Source: an uncultured bacterium
GTDB taxonomy: Bacteria; Patescibacteriota; Minisyncoccia; Moranbacterales; GWC2-37-73
DNA length: 64,000 nucleotides
Direction: 5' to 3'
NCBI GenBank assembly: GCA_903861715.1
Contig: CAIOVI010000019.1
Location: 5,936 to 69,935, forward strand
Shown: positions 9,863 to 19,812 of the stretch, piece after piece
Numbering within the stretch: the stretch's first letter is position 1
Layout of the letters: the number at the start of each line of letters is the position of its first letter
Translations under genes and position numbers: made by a program
Notes under the pieces: generated by a model
Seen by the model: only the letters and a program-made list of their open reading frames with translations
The model's database searches: none
Told to the model about the DNA's origin: nothing

Positions 9863-10109
9863 TTTTTGGCTTAAATTAGGACAAATTATGAGTTTAAAAT
9901 TGTTCCAAGGGAGGCTTTTTTTGTAAATTTAGCCAAGGTTGGACTTTTTTTGTATTTTATGCAAAGTAAAATGTTCAGAGATTAACTTTTCCTTTGACAG
10001 AGTCGCTCATCTGACTTATGATACTAGCAGGTAAAATCAGCTAAAGAGGGTTATAAATCAGCTCGCTGCGATGAGAGATAATTTTTTGTTAGCTGAAATT
10101 GAAAGCACT

Positions 10110-11195
10110 ATGTTGAAAAAAATCAAAGACAATTTTGCAAAATATCTGGGTGGGCTTTTTAGTAATCTTTCCAATGACATTGGAATTGATTTGGGAACTG
10201 CCAATACGCTTGTCTATGTCAAAGGGAAAGGCATTGTGATCAATGAACCTTCGGTGGTTGCGATTAACAAACGCACCGGACAAGTCTTAGCCATTGGGCG
10301 AGAAGCCAAACGGATGGTTGGCAAAACTCCAGGGCATATTGTGGCCACGCGGCCTTTGGTGGATGGCGTGGTGAGCGATTTCGAAGTGACCACTCAAATG
10401 CTCAGATATTTCATCGAAAAAGTGCACAAAGATTCTTTTTCTTTTTCGCCGCGTCCACGAGTGCTGATTGGCATTCCGTCAGTCATCACGGAAGTTGAAA
10501 AAAAGGCCGTGATTGATGCGGCCATGAATGCTGGTGCACGTGAAGCCTATCTGATTGAGGAACCAATGGCTGCAGCTATTGGCGCGAGACTTCCAGTGAC
10601 GGATGCGCGCGGAAACATGGTGGTTGACATTGGCGGTGGCACTTCCGAAATTGCCGTTATTTCTTTGGGCGGCGTGGTCAGCGCTCGCAGTTTGCGAGTG
10701 GCGGGCGACGAAATGAATGAAGACATCATTCGCTATTGCCGAGATGAATTTAATCTTTTGATTGGCGAAAAAACTTCGGAGGACATTAAAATAGCCGTGG
10801 GTAGTGCCTATGTTTTGAAAGAGCAACTCACCATTGCAATCAGAGGACGAGACTTGGTCAGCGGTCTGCCAAAAGAAGTGATTGTCAATGACAGTCAAAT
10901 CAGAGAAGCAATTTCTCGTTCGATTCGCATTATTGTCAACAATGTGAAAACGGTGATTGAAGAAACTCCGCCAGAACTTTTGTCTGACATCATGCAGCGG
11001 GGAATTATTTTGGCTGGCGGAGGCAGTTTGATCCGAGGTCTGGACAAATTGATTGCCAATCAAACGGAAATGCCAGTTCGCATGATGGAAGATCCGCTCA
11101 CGGCTGTGGTGCGAGGCACTGGCATTGTGCTTGAAGATCTGGAAGTTTTGAAACACGTTTTGGTTGAAGATCAACGCGAGAAATCTTTTAAATAA
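10110..11195 (+). CDS. mreB: rod shape-determining protein MreB
   Basis: GIDLGTANTLVYVKGKGIVINEPSVVA and DIGGGTSE actin-fold motifs. The start was chosen at MLKKIKD. Confidence 0.9.
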   Translation: MLKKIKDNFAKYLGGLFSNLSNDIGIDLGTANTLVYVKGKGIVINEPSVVAINKRTGQVLAIGREAKRMVGKTPGHIVATRPLVDGVVSDFEVTTQMLRYFIEKVHKDSFSFSPRPRVLIGIPSVITEVEKKAVIDAAMNAGAREAYLIEEPMAAAIGARLPVTDARGNMVVDIGGGTSEIAVISLGGVVSARSLRVAGDEMNEDIIRYCRDEFNLLIGEKTSEDIKIAVGSAYVLKEQLTIAIRGRDLVSGLPKEVIVNDSQIREAISRSIRIIVNNVKTVIEETPPELLSDIMQRGIILAGGGSLIRGLDKLIANQTEMPVRMMEDPLTAVVRGTGIVLEDLEVLKHVLVEDQREKSFK

Positions 11196-11204
11196 AAACA
11201 ATAA

Positions 11205-12014
11205 ATGCAAAGATTGACTTCCGTAAAATTATTCAAGGTTGGATTGTTGGCAATTTTTTTTGGATTGCTTATTTTTTTCAATCCGGCTGGATTTTTCAAT
11301 CCATTTAGGAATATTTTTTTGGACGTTGTGCTTCCTTTCAAAAAAATCACCTATACTTTTTCGGCCACTGTCGAAGGGGCGGGTGAATTTTTGGGTTCAA
11401 TCGGACAACTGAAAACCGAAAACGAAAAATTGCTGAGTGAAAATCAAATTTTGTTGGGAGAAAATGCGATGTTGGCGGATCTGAAAAATGAAAATGCTGA
11501 TTTGCGCAGTCAGCTCAATTTGTTGCCAAGAAATCAGTTTAAGCTGCTCCCAACTAATGTTGTTAGTCAGGATTTGAGCGGACCTGGCAATTGGCTGGAA
11601 ATTGACAAAGGCAGTGACGATGGTCTCAGTGAAGGCATGGCGGTGATAATTTCCAAGAGCATTTTGGTTGGGCGAATCGGAGAAGTTGCGCCGAAAAGTT
11701 CCAAAGTAATTTTGCTGACAAACCCCAAAAGCGTTGTCAACGTGGCAACTGTTCAAACTGGAGCCAAGGGAGTGATTAAGGGCGAATATGGGCTGGGCCT
11801 TATTTTTGACATGATTTTGCAAACGGATTCAATTCAAAGTGGGGATGAAATTGTCACCTCGGGCATTGGCGGTCAGCTGCCACGAGGGTTGCTGGTGGGA
11901 ACTGTTCAGAATGTGCATGCCTCTGATGATCATTTGTTTCAGCAAGCCACGGTGGTTTCGCCGCTGCAAATTTCAAAATTGCAATTCGTGTTTGTGGTGG
12001 TTGGAAATAAATGA
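11205..12014 (+). CDS. mreC: rod shape-determining protein MreC
   Basis: N-terminal TM segment, coiled coil and a beta-rich C-terminal domain. Its position after mreB supports the call. Confidence 0.7.
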   Translation: MQRLTSVKLFKVGLLAIFFGLLIFFNPAGFFNPFRNIFLDVVLPFKKITYTFSATVEGAGEFLGSIGQLKTENEKLLSENQILLGENAMLADLKNENADLRSQLNLLPRNQFKLLPTNVVSQDLSGPGNWLEIDKGSDDGLSEGMAVIISKSILVGRIGEVAPKSSKVILLTNPKSVVNVATVQTGAKGVIKGEYGLGLIFDMILQTDSIQSGDEIVTSGIGGQLPRGLLVGTVQNVHASDDHLFQQATVVSPLQISKLQFVFVVVGNK

Positions 12015-12024
12015 TCCAAAAAAT

Positions 12025-12528
12025 ATGCAAAAAAAAATTATCTATAGCGCACTTATTTTACTGGCAATTCTGTTGCAGCTGAGTTTCTTGCCAGCCTTGG
12101 CAGGAAAAAATTTGCCAGGGGATGCAGTCTTGATGCTGGTTTTGGCGATGGCAGTTTTGGATGGTTTTGCGTTGGCCCTGAATTGGGCTATTGTGGCCGG
12201 AATCCTGGTTGATTTTGCCACTTATGGAACTTTGGGTGAGCATGTGATTGTTTTTTTGTTGGTGATTTATGTGGTGAGTTTTTTCTCTCGCAGACTTTCA
12301 GTTGAAGTCAAAGGCACTGGCCGCTTGTTGTTTTTTCTTTTTGTGGCGGCGGCTAGTTTGATTTCAAATGGACTGCTGCTGACTTTTTTGTTTTTGGAAA
12401 ACAAGCTTGTCAAATCGCAGTTGCAATTTTTCAGCAGCAGTAAAGGTTTTTTGCTGCAAATAATTTGTAACACAGTTTTGTTTTTTCTCTGGTATCAGGT
12501 CGTCAAAAAGATTAAGAAAGTGGTATAG
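12025..12528 (+). CDS. mreD: MreD-like membrane protein
   Basis: Small polytopic membrane protein lying between mreC and the PBP2 gene. Confidence 0.45.
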   Translation: MQKKIIYSALILLAILLQLSFLPALAGKNLPGDAVLMLVLAMAVLDGFALALNWAIVAGILVDFATYGTLGEHVIVFLLVIYVVSFFSRRLSVEVKGTGRLLFFLFVAAASLISNGLLLTFLFLENKLVKSQLQFFSSSKGFLLQIICNTVLFFLWYQVVKKIKKVV

Positions 12529-12564
12529 TTAGATGGGAGAGAGCAGTTTATTTTTTCAAATTTT

Positions 12565-14445
12565 ATGAAAACCAAAAGAAACAATTTTAACGCTTACTCC
12601 AGCATGGAGATTGAAGACTATGTTTTGACTGCGACTGAAAAGGAAGCGACCAAGATGGAAAAAGGACTTGAAAAAAAGTGGCTGGACTATTTGTGGTGGG
12701 TCATTGTTTTTTTTGTGCTCAGCTTGGCAGGGCGAGTGATTTTTTTAACGGTCATTAAAGGCGCCTATTATCAAGACATTGCCAAAGGAAATAGCATCCG
12801 ACCGATTGTCATCAAAGCTCCACGAGGCAGAATTTTTGATCGCACTGGCTTGGCCTTGGTCAGCAATATTCCCAGTCTTGATGCGGTGGTTGTGCCAGTT
12901 GATTTGCCGAAAGACCAAACAAAATTAAAAGAGCTTGCTCAAACACTTGCTTCAATTTTGAGTTTGAATCAAGCCCAGGTGCAGACAATTTTGGAAACCA
13001 GCAAAAATGGTTCCTTGGACACAGTTTTACTCAAAGAAAACATTTCGCAAGATGAGTCACTCAACCTTTTGGAAAAATCAAATGTGCTGACTGGGATTTC
13101 CATTGAAAAAACCGCCATCCGAGGTTATTCAGATGCGCAAATCTTTTCTCACCTGATGGGCTATGAAGGAAAAATCCAGCAGAAGGAATTGGATAATGAC
13201 AAAAGTTATCGCTTGACTGATTATATCGGCAAGCAAGGAATTGAAAAATCATATGAAAGCAGTTTGCGAGGAGTTAATGGCGCTGATCAAATTGAAGTTG
13301 ATTCAATGGGCAATGCTCAAAGAGAGGTGGGAATCATCAATCCGAAGCCTGGTAGTGATTTGGTGCTCAATATTGACGCTGGACTTCAGAAAAAAATTTA
13401 TGATAGTATCGGTGCTGTGTTGGAAAAAACTGGTGCCAAGACAGCAGCCGCAGTGGTGATTGATCCGAAAACTGGTGGAGTGTTAGCCATGGTAAACGTG
13501 CCAAGTTATGACAACAATCTGTTTGCTCAAAAAATCTCAGCGGATGATTATGCCAAATTCATCGCCGATCCAAGCAAGCCACTTTTCAATCGGGCAATTG
13601 CTGGAGAATATCCACCAGGCTCAACCATCAAACCTGCAATTGCAGCCGCCGCCCTTTCGGAAGGCACCATCACTCCCACAACTATTATTGATGGCTTGGG
13701 CGGAACGCTCAGAGTTGGCGGTTTTAGTTTCGGGGACTGGAAAGCGCATGGCCCTAGTGATGTGCGCACAGCAATTGCCCAAAGTAATGACATCTTTTTT
13801 TACACAGTTGGAGGTGGCTACGGAAATATTCAAGGCTTGGGCATGGACAGAATGAAAAAATATGACAACCTTTTTGGCTTTGGCGAAAAAACGGGCATTG
13901 ACATTGGAGGCGAATCTGCAGGCTTCATTCCAAGTGAACAATGGAAGCAAGACACTTTAGGAGAAAAATGGTTCATTGGCAATAGCTATCATGCAGCCAT
14001 TGGCCAAGGTTATGTGACAGCCACACCGCTGCAATTGGCAAACTATGTCGCAGCTATCGCCAATGGCGGAACCTTGTACAAACCGCACTTGGTTGCACAA
14101 ATCAAAAAAAGTGATGGCGGGGTGCAAACCATCAAGCCCGAGATAATCCGGAGCAATTTCATTGATCCGGCGGTTTTGAAAGTGGTGCAAGAAGGAATGC
14201 GCAAAACCATCACGGATGGCACGGCTCAAGTTTTGAAAACAATGCCAATTGAAATTGCCGGCAAAACCGGCACCGCCCAATTTGGCACCGCTGGTCAAAC
14301 GCACGGTTGGTTCATTTGCTATGCGCCCTTTGACGATCCCAAAATTGCGATGGCAGTTTTGGTGGAAGGCGGCGGGGAAGGCAATTCCAGCGCCTTGCCA
14401 GTCACCCAAGAAGCCTTGAAATGGTATTTTGGTGGCAGACAATAA
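12565..14445 (+). CDS. mrdA: penicillin-binding protein 2 (peptidoglycan D,D-transpeptidase)
   Basis: Dimerisation domain plus transpeptidase domain (STIKP, SND, KTGT motifs). Located in the mreBCD cluster. Confidence 0.85.
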   Translation: MKTKRNNFNAYSSMEIEDYVLTATEKEATKMEKGLEKKWLDYLWWVIVFFVLSLAGRVIFLTVIKGAYYQDIAKGNSIRPIVIKAPRGRIFDRTGLALVSNIPSLDAVVVPVDLPKDQTKLKELAQTLASILSLNQAQVQTILETSKNGSLDTVLLKENISQDESLNLLEKSNVLTGISIEKTAIRGYSDAQIFSHLMGYEGKIQQKELDNDKSYRLTDYIGKQGIEKSYESSLRGVNGADQIEVDSMGNAQREVGIINPKPGSDLVLNIDAGLQKKIYDSIGAVLEKTGAKTAAAVVIDPKTGGVLAMVNVPSYDNNLFAQKISADDYAKFIADPSKPLFNRAIAGEYPPGSTIKPAIAAAALSEGTITPTTIIDGLGGTLRVGGFSFGDWKAHGPSDVRTAIAQSNDIFFYTVGGGYGNIQGLGMDRMKKYDNLFGFGEKTGIDIGGESAGFIPSEQWKQDTLGEKWFIGNSYHAAIGQGYVTATPLQLANYVAAIANGGTLYKPHLVAQIKKSDGGVQTIKPEIIRSNFIDPAVLKVVQEGMRKTITDGTAQVLKTMPIEIAGKTGTAQFGTAGQTHGWFICYAPFDDPKIAMAVLVEGGGEGNSSALPVTQEALKWYFGGRQ

Positions 14446-14518
14446 ATAAATTGTCACATGGTTATATTGCTATATTGTTAGATTATAAAAGTATTATTTT
14501 ATCGAAGTATTATTATCT

Positions 14519-14676
14519 GGTGAAGTGAACGTCTGGCTAGGGCGGACTGAACAGCCTGGCCGCCTTTGAAGGAAGCGACGATAACAAAAGGTTTTTTGCC
14601 TCACCGATTTTATCGGTGTGAGTCTGAAGGGCACAGGGCCTGCCTACCGGTAGGCAGGCTTGCTCTGGGGTATTAA
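14519..14676. repeat. structured repeat element A (copy 1), containing the 22-bp perfect palindrome gcctgcctaccggtaggcaggc
   Basis: About 105 nt are shared with the inverted copy at 30287-30400. Copy 1 carries an extra insert of about 45 nt at 14530-14575. Confidence 0.7.
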
Positions 14677-14710
14677 TATTCTTTTATTTTACAAAAAAAG
14701 CTAACGCAAA

Positions 14711-14757
14711 AACAAAAAAACCATAAATCATACGATCGTATGTTTTGTGGTTTTTTG
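14711..14757. terminator. bidirectional intrinsic terminator (A-run, long hairpin with catacgatcgtatg core, T-run)
   Basis: aaaaaaccataaatcatacgatcgtatgttttgtggtttttt. Confidence 0.6.
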
Positions 14758-14771
14758 TGAAAAATTTTTTT

Positions 14772-14798
14772 ACACCCATATATTAATTTATAGGTGTG
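14772..14798. repeat. CCATATAT hairpin element (variant)
   Basis: acacccatatattaatttataggtgtg. Confidence 0.5.
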
Positions 14799-14840
14799 AA
14801 GGGAAATTAAAATTGCGAGAAAATTTTTGCAAAATATTTT

Positions 14841-14867
14841 TACTTCCATATATCCATTTATGGAAGT
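14841..14867. repeat. CCATATAT hairpin element (identical to 2350-2376)
   Basis: tacttccatatatccatttatggaagt. Confidence 0.6.
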
Positions 14868-14924
14868 AGTGAAAAAAACGGAAAATGTTATTTTGTTTTT
14901 TGAAATTTTTGCTATAATAAACTC

Positions 14925-16388
14925 ATGACCAAGTCAAAAATACTTTTGTTTTTGCTTTTGAGTTTCATTGGGGCGGTTTTTGTCAGGTCATTTTTTGAAA
15001 TTTCTCAAATTGAAATTTTTCTGCTGCTAATGTTGGCCTTGATAACACTATTCACATTTTACAAAAACAAAATGGCGACACTGGTCGCTTTTTTGTTGCT
15101 CTCTTTCGTATTTGGGTTGTGGAAAACTGACAGCAAAATATCACAGGCCAGCAATTTAACATTTTTGGGAAAAAATTTTCAAGAGCAAGCTGTTGTGCAA
15201 AAAGTGAGCCCTTCGACTTTCGGGCAGAATATTATTGTTGATTTTCAAAACGAGAAAATTTCGGTCCTGCTGCAAGTTCCGCAATATCCGGAATATAAAT
15301 ATGGAGATTTGTTGGAAATAACTTGCACTGTCAAGGCGATTGAAAATTTATCTGCCGGAGAGGCAGGCAAAGATGATAGTTTTGACTATCACATGTATAT
15401 GGCCAAAGAAGGCGTGCTGTATCAATGTGAAAAAAGTAAAATTAAAAAAGTTGGAGAAAACGGTGGCAGTTTTCTTTTGGGAAAAATAATTGCCATGCGC
15501 AGGATTTTTGAAAACAAAATCAATCAGGTGCTGCCTCAGCCAGAAGGCGCTTTGGCTATTGGACTTTTGCTGGGTGGCAGTGGTGGACTTTCCAAGGAAA
15601 TCCAAAGTGATTTTTCGCGCACTGGCATGACGCACATCGTGGCAGTTTCGGGATATAATGTGACGATCATTGCGGAATATCTAATTTTGCTTGGCATTGC
15701 CTTGGGGCTTTGGCGCAAGCAGGCAATTTGGTTTGCGATTGTGGGAATTGCTTTGTTTGTGATCATGAGCGGCTTGCCAGCTTCGGCAGTGCGAGCTGGG
15801 GTGATGAGCGGCATTTTGCTTTGGGCGATGAAAAATGGAAGGCTTTCTTCTTGTGAAAATGCCATCATTTTTGCAGGGGCGATAATGCTATTTCTCAATC
15901 CTTTGCTGCTCCGATGGGATGTGGGATTTCAACTTTCTTTTTTGGCGACTTTGGGCATTGTGCTGACTTCGGATTTTTGGGAAAAGAGTTTTGTGAAGCA
16001 GCACAAAGCCCTGGGAATTTCAGAAGCAATCACTTTGTCGCTGAGCGCTCAAATTTTTGTGTTGCCAATCATTGCCTACAACTTTCATTTGACTTCACTC
16101 ATTTCACTTCTGGCTAACGTTTTTATTTTGCCAGTGATTCCACTCTCAATGCTCTTGGTTTTTTTGGTGATGGTTTTTGGTTTGCTTTGGACGCCGCTTT
16201 CCTTGGTTTTCGCTTGGCTGGCTTTCGTGCTGCTGGCCTATGAAATAAAACTGATTCATCTTTTAGCCGAGTTTCCCTGGGCCAGTGTCGGTGTTGAAAA
16301 AGTCAACGTGTGGTGGATTGCGATTTACTATATAATATTAATAAGAATAATTTTTTGGATAAAAAGTCGAGAAAATTTAGAAGTATGA
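14925..16388 (+). CDS. comEC: ComEC/Rec2 competence protein (DUF4131 plus competence domain; no fused MBL domain)
   Basis: Polytopic membrane protein with the competence-domain block LAIGLLLGGSGGLSKEIQSDFSRTGMTHIVAVSGYNVTII. Confidence 0.8.
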   Translation: MTKSKILLFLLLSFIGAVFVRSFFEISQIEIFLLLMLALITLFTFYKNKMATLVAFLLLSFVFGLWKTDSKISQASNLTFLGKNFQEQAVVQKVSPSTFGQNIIVDFQNEKISVLLQVPQYPEYKYGDLLEITCTVKAIENLSAGEAGKDDSFDYHMYMAKEGVLYQCEKSKIKKVGENGGSFLLGKIIAMRRIFENKINQVLPQPEGALAIGLLLGGSGGLSKEIQSDFSRTGMTHIVAVSGYNVTIIAEYLILLGIALGLWRKQAIWFAIVGIALFVIMSGLPASAVRAGVMSGILLWAMKNGRLSSCENAIIFAGAIMLFLNPLLLRWDVGFQLSFLATLGIVLTSDFWEKSFVKQHKALGISEAITLSLSAQIFVLPIIAYNFHLTSLISLLANVFILPVIPLSMLLVFLVMVFGLLWTPLSLVFAWLAFVLLAYEIKLIHLLAEFPWASVGVEKVNVWWIAIYYIILIRIIFWIKSRENLEV

Positions 16389-16614
16389 TTTTTGAAATAG
16401 TATTTTGTATTTTGCATTTTCCTCTCCGCACATTGCGCAGTGCGTAGGTAAAAGACGAGTGATGAGCGTTAAGAAATTTTGAAACGCAGTGAGGTCAGTA
16501 GGCCGAACGGAGTGTAAATTTTAGCGAAGAGTGAAGTCTTTGCCCCAGCAACAAGCACGTGTCGGGATTTCTTTTGTAACTTTTCTATTAAAAGAAAAGT
16601 TAACCTCTGTAATG

Positions 16615-16650
16615 CTGGATTGCTTCGGATGATTACATCCTCGCAAAGAC
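16615..16650. repeat. family-2 palindromic element, right-arm half copy
   Basis: ctggattgcttcggatgattacatcctcgcaaagac matches the right arms of the full copies at 17627-17718 and 18444-18537. Confidence 0.55.
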
Positions 16651-16687
16651 AAAGCAAGGCTTAATTATTAGTTATCATACATCCCTT

Positions 16688-17566
16688 ATGCTTCATCGCA
16701 AAATATTTTTTCCCATCCTGGGTGGTCTGATTGCGCTCATTGTCATCTTGAGCGTTATCGTTTTTCATGGTCAAAATAACGCTCTGAGCGTGGTGTTTTT
16801 GGATGTTGGCCAAGGCGATGCGATTTTGATTTCGCAAGGCAGTCAACAAGTGTTGATTGATGGTGGCAAGGATGGAAAATTGTTGTTGGAAAAACTGGGA
16901 AAATATATTCCCTTTTGGGATCGTAAATTGGAAACCATAATTGAAACGCATCCCGATCAAGATCACATCGGAGGCTTGGTTGACGTTTTGAGAACTTATG
17001 AGGTTGGTAGTGTGCTGGAAACCAAAATGCAAAACAATTCGCAGACTTTCAAAAAATTGGAAGAAACTGTCGATCAATTGGCAAGTCAGCACAAACTTGA
17101 AAAAATTGAAGCCAAAAAAAACGTGGTCATCAAGTTTTCCAACGGCGCAATTTTGCAAATTTTATATCCTTTGGAATCTGTGACAGACACTAACTCCAAT
17201 GACACTAATCTGGCCAGCGTGGTGGCAAAATTGACAGTTGGGGACAGCCGCTTTCTTTTTACGGGTGATTTTCCAACTTTGCAAGATAGTTCATTGCTCG
17301 GCAGCGGCGAAGATGTGAGTGCGAACTTTTTGAAAGTTGCGCATCACGGTTCCAAATATGCCACCAGCAATGAGTTTCTTGAAAAAGTAAAACCAACCGA
17401 AGCGATTATTTCAGTCGGAAAAAACAATTCTTATGGTCATCCAAGTCCAGAAGTTTTGCAAAGACTTTTGCAACATAAAGTGAAAATTTTGCGCACCGAT
17501 GAAAGCGGGGATGTTGAATATGAATGTCAGAATTTAAATAGTAAATGTTTTTTGAAATCATTTTAA
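16688..17566 (+). CDS. ComEC-type metallo-beta-lactamase fold hydrolase (stand-alone, with N-terminal TM anchor)
   Basis: VVFLDVGQGDAILI and HPDQDHIGG motifs typical of the ComEC C-terminal MBL domain. Confidence 0.75.
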   Translation: MLHRKIFFPILGGLIALIVILSVIVFHGQNNALSVVFLDVGQGDAILISQGSQQVLIDGGKDGKLLLEKLGKYIPFWDRKLETIIETHPDQDHIGGLVDVLRTYEVGSVLETKMQNNSQTFKKLEETVDQLASQHKLEKIEAKKNVVIKFSNGAILQILYPLESVTDTNSNDTNLASVVAKLTVGDSRFLFTGDFPTLQDSSLLGSGEDVSANFLKVAHHGSKYATSNEFLEKVKPTEAIISVGKNNSYGHPSPEVLQRLLQHKVKILRTDESGDVEYECQNLNSKCFLKSF

Positions 17567-17626
17567 GGTTGCAATTTTTCGTATTTTTGCATTTTTGAGT
17601 CCACTTCGCAGTGTATTCTAATTTTT

Positions 17627-17718
17627 GTCATCGCGAGGATTTTGTAATCAAAATCCGTGGCGATCCAGAGCCTTGCAACGCCCTGGATTGCTTCGGAGGA
17701 TTACCTCCTCGCAAAGAC
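17627..17718. repeat. family-2 palindromic element of about 92 nt (full copy)
   Basis: gtcatcgcgaggattttgtaatcaaaatccgtggcgatccag, then a loop, then ctggattgcttcggaggattacctcctcgcaaagac. The arms are reverse complements and contain nested hairpins. Confidence 0.6.
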
Positions 17719-17835
17719 GGATGAGGATTGATTGTCTTTTTGCAAACGAAACTTGCTTTATCTCAAACTTTTGCTAGACTATAAATATCTAGCAAGCTTA
17801 TCGCTTTTTAATTTAATTATAAATAACCAAAAATT

Positions 17836-18438
17836 ATGGCGCACCCAAGCAAAGAAAGAACGTTTGTCATCCTCAAGCCGGATGCAATTCAACGAAATTT
17901 TATTGGTGAAATCATTTCTCGTTTTGAAAAAACCGGGCTCAAAATCACCGCGATGCGATTGCTGGTGCCAAAGGCCGAGCAATGCTGGACACACTATAAT
18001 AAGGACGAGGCTTGGTTTCTGAAAAAAGGTGAAGGAATTGTGAAAGCTCGTCAGGAAAATAATATGCCAGTGGAAAAAGAGGCGATTGAATATGGTCGCG
18101 ATATTATTGGCCAATTGGTGACTTTTATGACCTCCGGTCCAGTTTTGGCCATGGTGATTGAAGGCAATCAAGCGGTTGGCATTGTGACTAAATTGGTTGG
18201 GGGAACTGAACCGCTGACTTCTGACATCGGCACCATTCGCGGAGATTTGACTTTGGATTCCTATGACCTGGCTGGCATTGATGGTCGCGCCGTGCGAAAT
18301 TTGATTCACTGCTCTGACAAGCCCGAAGAGGCTGAACGCGAAATCAAAATTTGGTTTACTGAAGAAGAAATCATCAGCTATCGTTCCATTTCAGAGCAAA
18401 TGCTTTATGATGTGAACCTGGATGGAATTTTAGAATAA
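17836..18438 (+). CDS. ndk: nucleoside diphosphate kinase (long form with insertion)
   Basis: ERTFVILKPDAIQR and the NLIHCSD active-site His motif. Confidence 0.85.
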   Translation: MAHPSKERTFVILKPDAIQRNFIGEIISRFEKTGLKITAMRLLVPKAEQCWTHYNKDEAWFLKKGEGIVKARQENNMPVEKEAIEYGRDIIGQLVTFMTSGPVLAMVIEGNQAVGIVTKLVGGTEPLTSDIGTIRGDLTLDSYDLAGIDGRAVRNLIHCSDKPEEAEREIKIWFTEEEIISYRSISEQMLYDVNLDGILE

Positions 18439-18443
18439 ATAAA

Positions 18444-18537
18444 GTCATTGCGAGGATGTAATCATCCGTGGCAATCCAGAATGTTGCCAGGCCCTGGATC
18501 GCCACGTATTTCCGAGTACAGAAATACTCGCGAAGAC
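18444..18537. repeat. family-2 palindromic element of about 94 nt (full copy)
   Basis: gtcattgcgaggatgtaatcatccgtggcaatccag ... ctggatcgccacg ... ctcgcgaagac. It begins 6 nt after the ndk stop. Confidence 0.6.
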
Positions 18538-18624
18538 GCGTAGCTATCTAGAATACACAAAAATCGACCATCGTGGTCGGTTTTTTGTTTTGCTTTTTTT
18601 CCTCAAGCTTGATATTCTGGAGAT

Positions 18625-19812
18625 ATGAAAAACTTTCTGAAAAAAATATTCATTGTCATTCTGGAACTGGCTTTCATCGCGGGCGTGCTTTGGTATATTG
18701 CGGAAAAAAGAGGCATTCACAGTTTGCAACAAGTTGCGCCGACCTTGGGAAGTCGATTTGAAAAAATGGTGCAAGCGCCTTTTCCTGCCTTGGAACAACC
18801 AGTTACAAAAACTTTTCAGTGGAAATACAAAAATGTCCAATATGAATTGCCGTTGACGCTTTATCAATCGGTCTATGTCTATTATCAAAAGCAACCCAAA
18901 ATTTTTTCCTACACCGGTGACTTGCCGGCCAACTGGGAAGAAAGCTATTATGGCATGTTTTTGAAAGCCAACGACAATGATTCGACCATTGCCAATCTTG
19001 CCAGTGGTTTGCAACAATTGGGCACCCAGCATCGCTTGAGCAGTGACCAAGTCGTGGAACTTGCCTTGGCTTTTGTGCAGTCCATCACCTATGATGACAC
19101 AAAAGCTAGCAACATTTTGGCCAAAGCTGACAATGAAACCATGCTCTATCCATACGAAACACTTTTTGAACAAAAGGGTGTTTGCAGTGACAAGAGTTTG
19201 TTGGCAGTTTCAATTTTGAGAAAGCTGGGCTATGGTGTGGCAATTTTTGCTTATGAGCAAGACAACCATATGGCCATCGGGGTGCAATGTCCTCAAAATT
19301 ATTCGACCTACAATAGCGGTTATTGCTTTGGCGAAACCACTAGCGTCGGCAACAAAATTGGCCTTATTCCGCAATTTAACACTCAAAGTCAGAAAACTGC
19401 CGATCTTGCCGAACTTCCAACTTTTGATCAGGCGCAGCAACAAATCAAAAATTTGCAAGACCTTGGGCAAATGACAATTTATCAAATTACTCCTGGCAAA
19501 GAATATACGGGCATCATTGAAACGAAAAGAATTGAAACTGAGTTAACCAAGCTGAAAACCGATTTGAAAAATTTGATGGCGAAATTGGAAGCGCAGAAAA
19601 AAGTTGTTTCGGGAGAGGTTGCTGATTTGAAGAAGCAAAAAGACAACCTGGATAGTTGGAAAAATGAGCAAAACTTTGAAAAATATAACGCTGCGGTGGA
19701 GGATTATAACTCGCTGTTGGAAAAATACAAGCAAGACGTGAAAAGTTACAATAATTCGATCCCGCTTTACAATCAGACGGTGGCGAGGTATAACGAGTTA
19801 ATCAAGCAGTGA
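18625..19812 (+). CDS. membrane-anchored transglutaminase-like (Cys-His-Asp) protein with C-terminal coiled coil
   Basis: GVCSDKSLLAVSILRKLGY fits the transglutaminase-like catalytic Cys context, and NHMAIGV supplies the His. The C-terminal 100 aa are coiled-coil and Lys/Glu-rich. Confidence 0.45.
   Translation: MKNFLKKIFIVILELAFIAGVLWYIAEKRGIHSLQQVAPTLGSRFEKMVQAPFPALEQPVTKTFQWKYKNVQYELPLTLYQSVYVYYQKQPKIFSYTGDLPANWEESYYGMFLKANDNDSTIANLASGLQQLGTQHRLSSDQVVELALAFVQSITYDDTKASNILAKADNETMLYPYETLFEQKGVCSDKSLLAVSILRKLGYGVAIFAYEQDNHMAIGVQCPQNYSTYNSGYCFGETTSVGNKIGLIPQFNTQSQKTADLAELPTFDQAQQQIKNLQDLGQMTIYQITPGKEYTGIIETKRIETELTKLKTDLKNLMAKLEAQKKVVSGEVADLKKQKDNLDSWKNEQNFEKYNAAVEDYNSLLEKYKQDVKSYNNSIPLYNQTVARYNELIKQ

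Noticed and set aside
10479-11210. 243-aa minus-strand ORF opposite mreB, and 11839-12528 long-frame start for the MreD ORF
   Set aside because: The first is antisense to a highly conserved gene. The second starts in an alternate frame overlapping mreC, so the MreD start was moved to the in-frame ATG at 12025.
14520-14580. Possible SRP (4.5S) RNA because of a gaaggaagcgac segment resembling the GGAAGGAAGCAGC domain IV motif
   Set aside because: The flanks do not form the required long terminal helix. The motif lies only in the copy-1-specific insert and is absent from copy 2.
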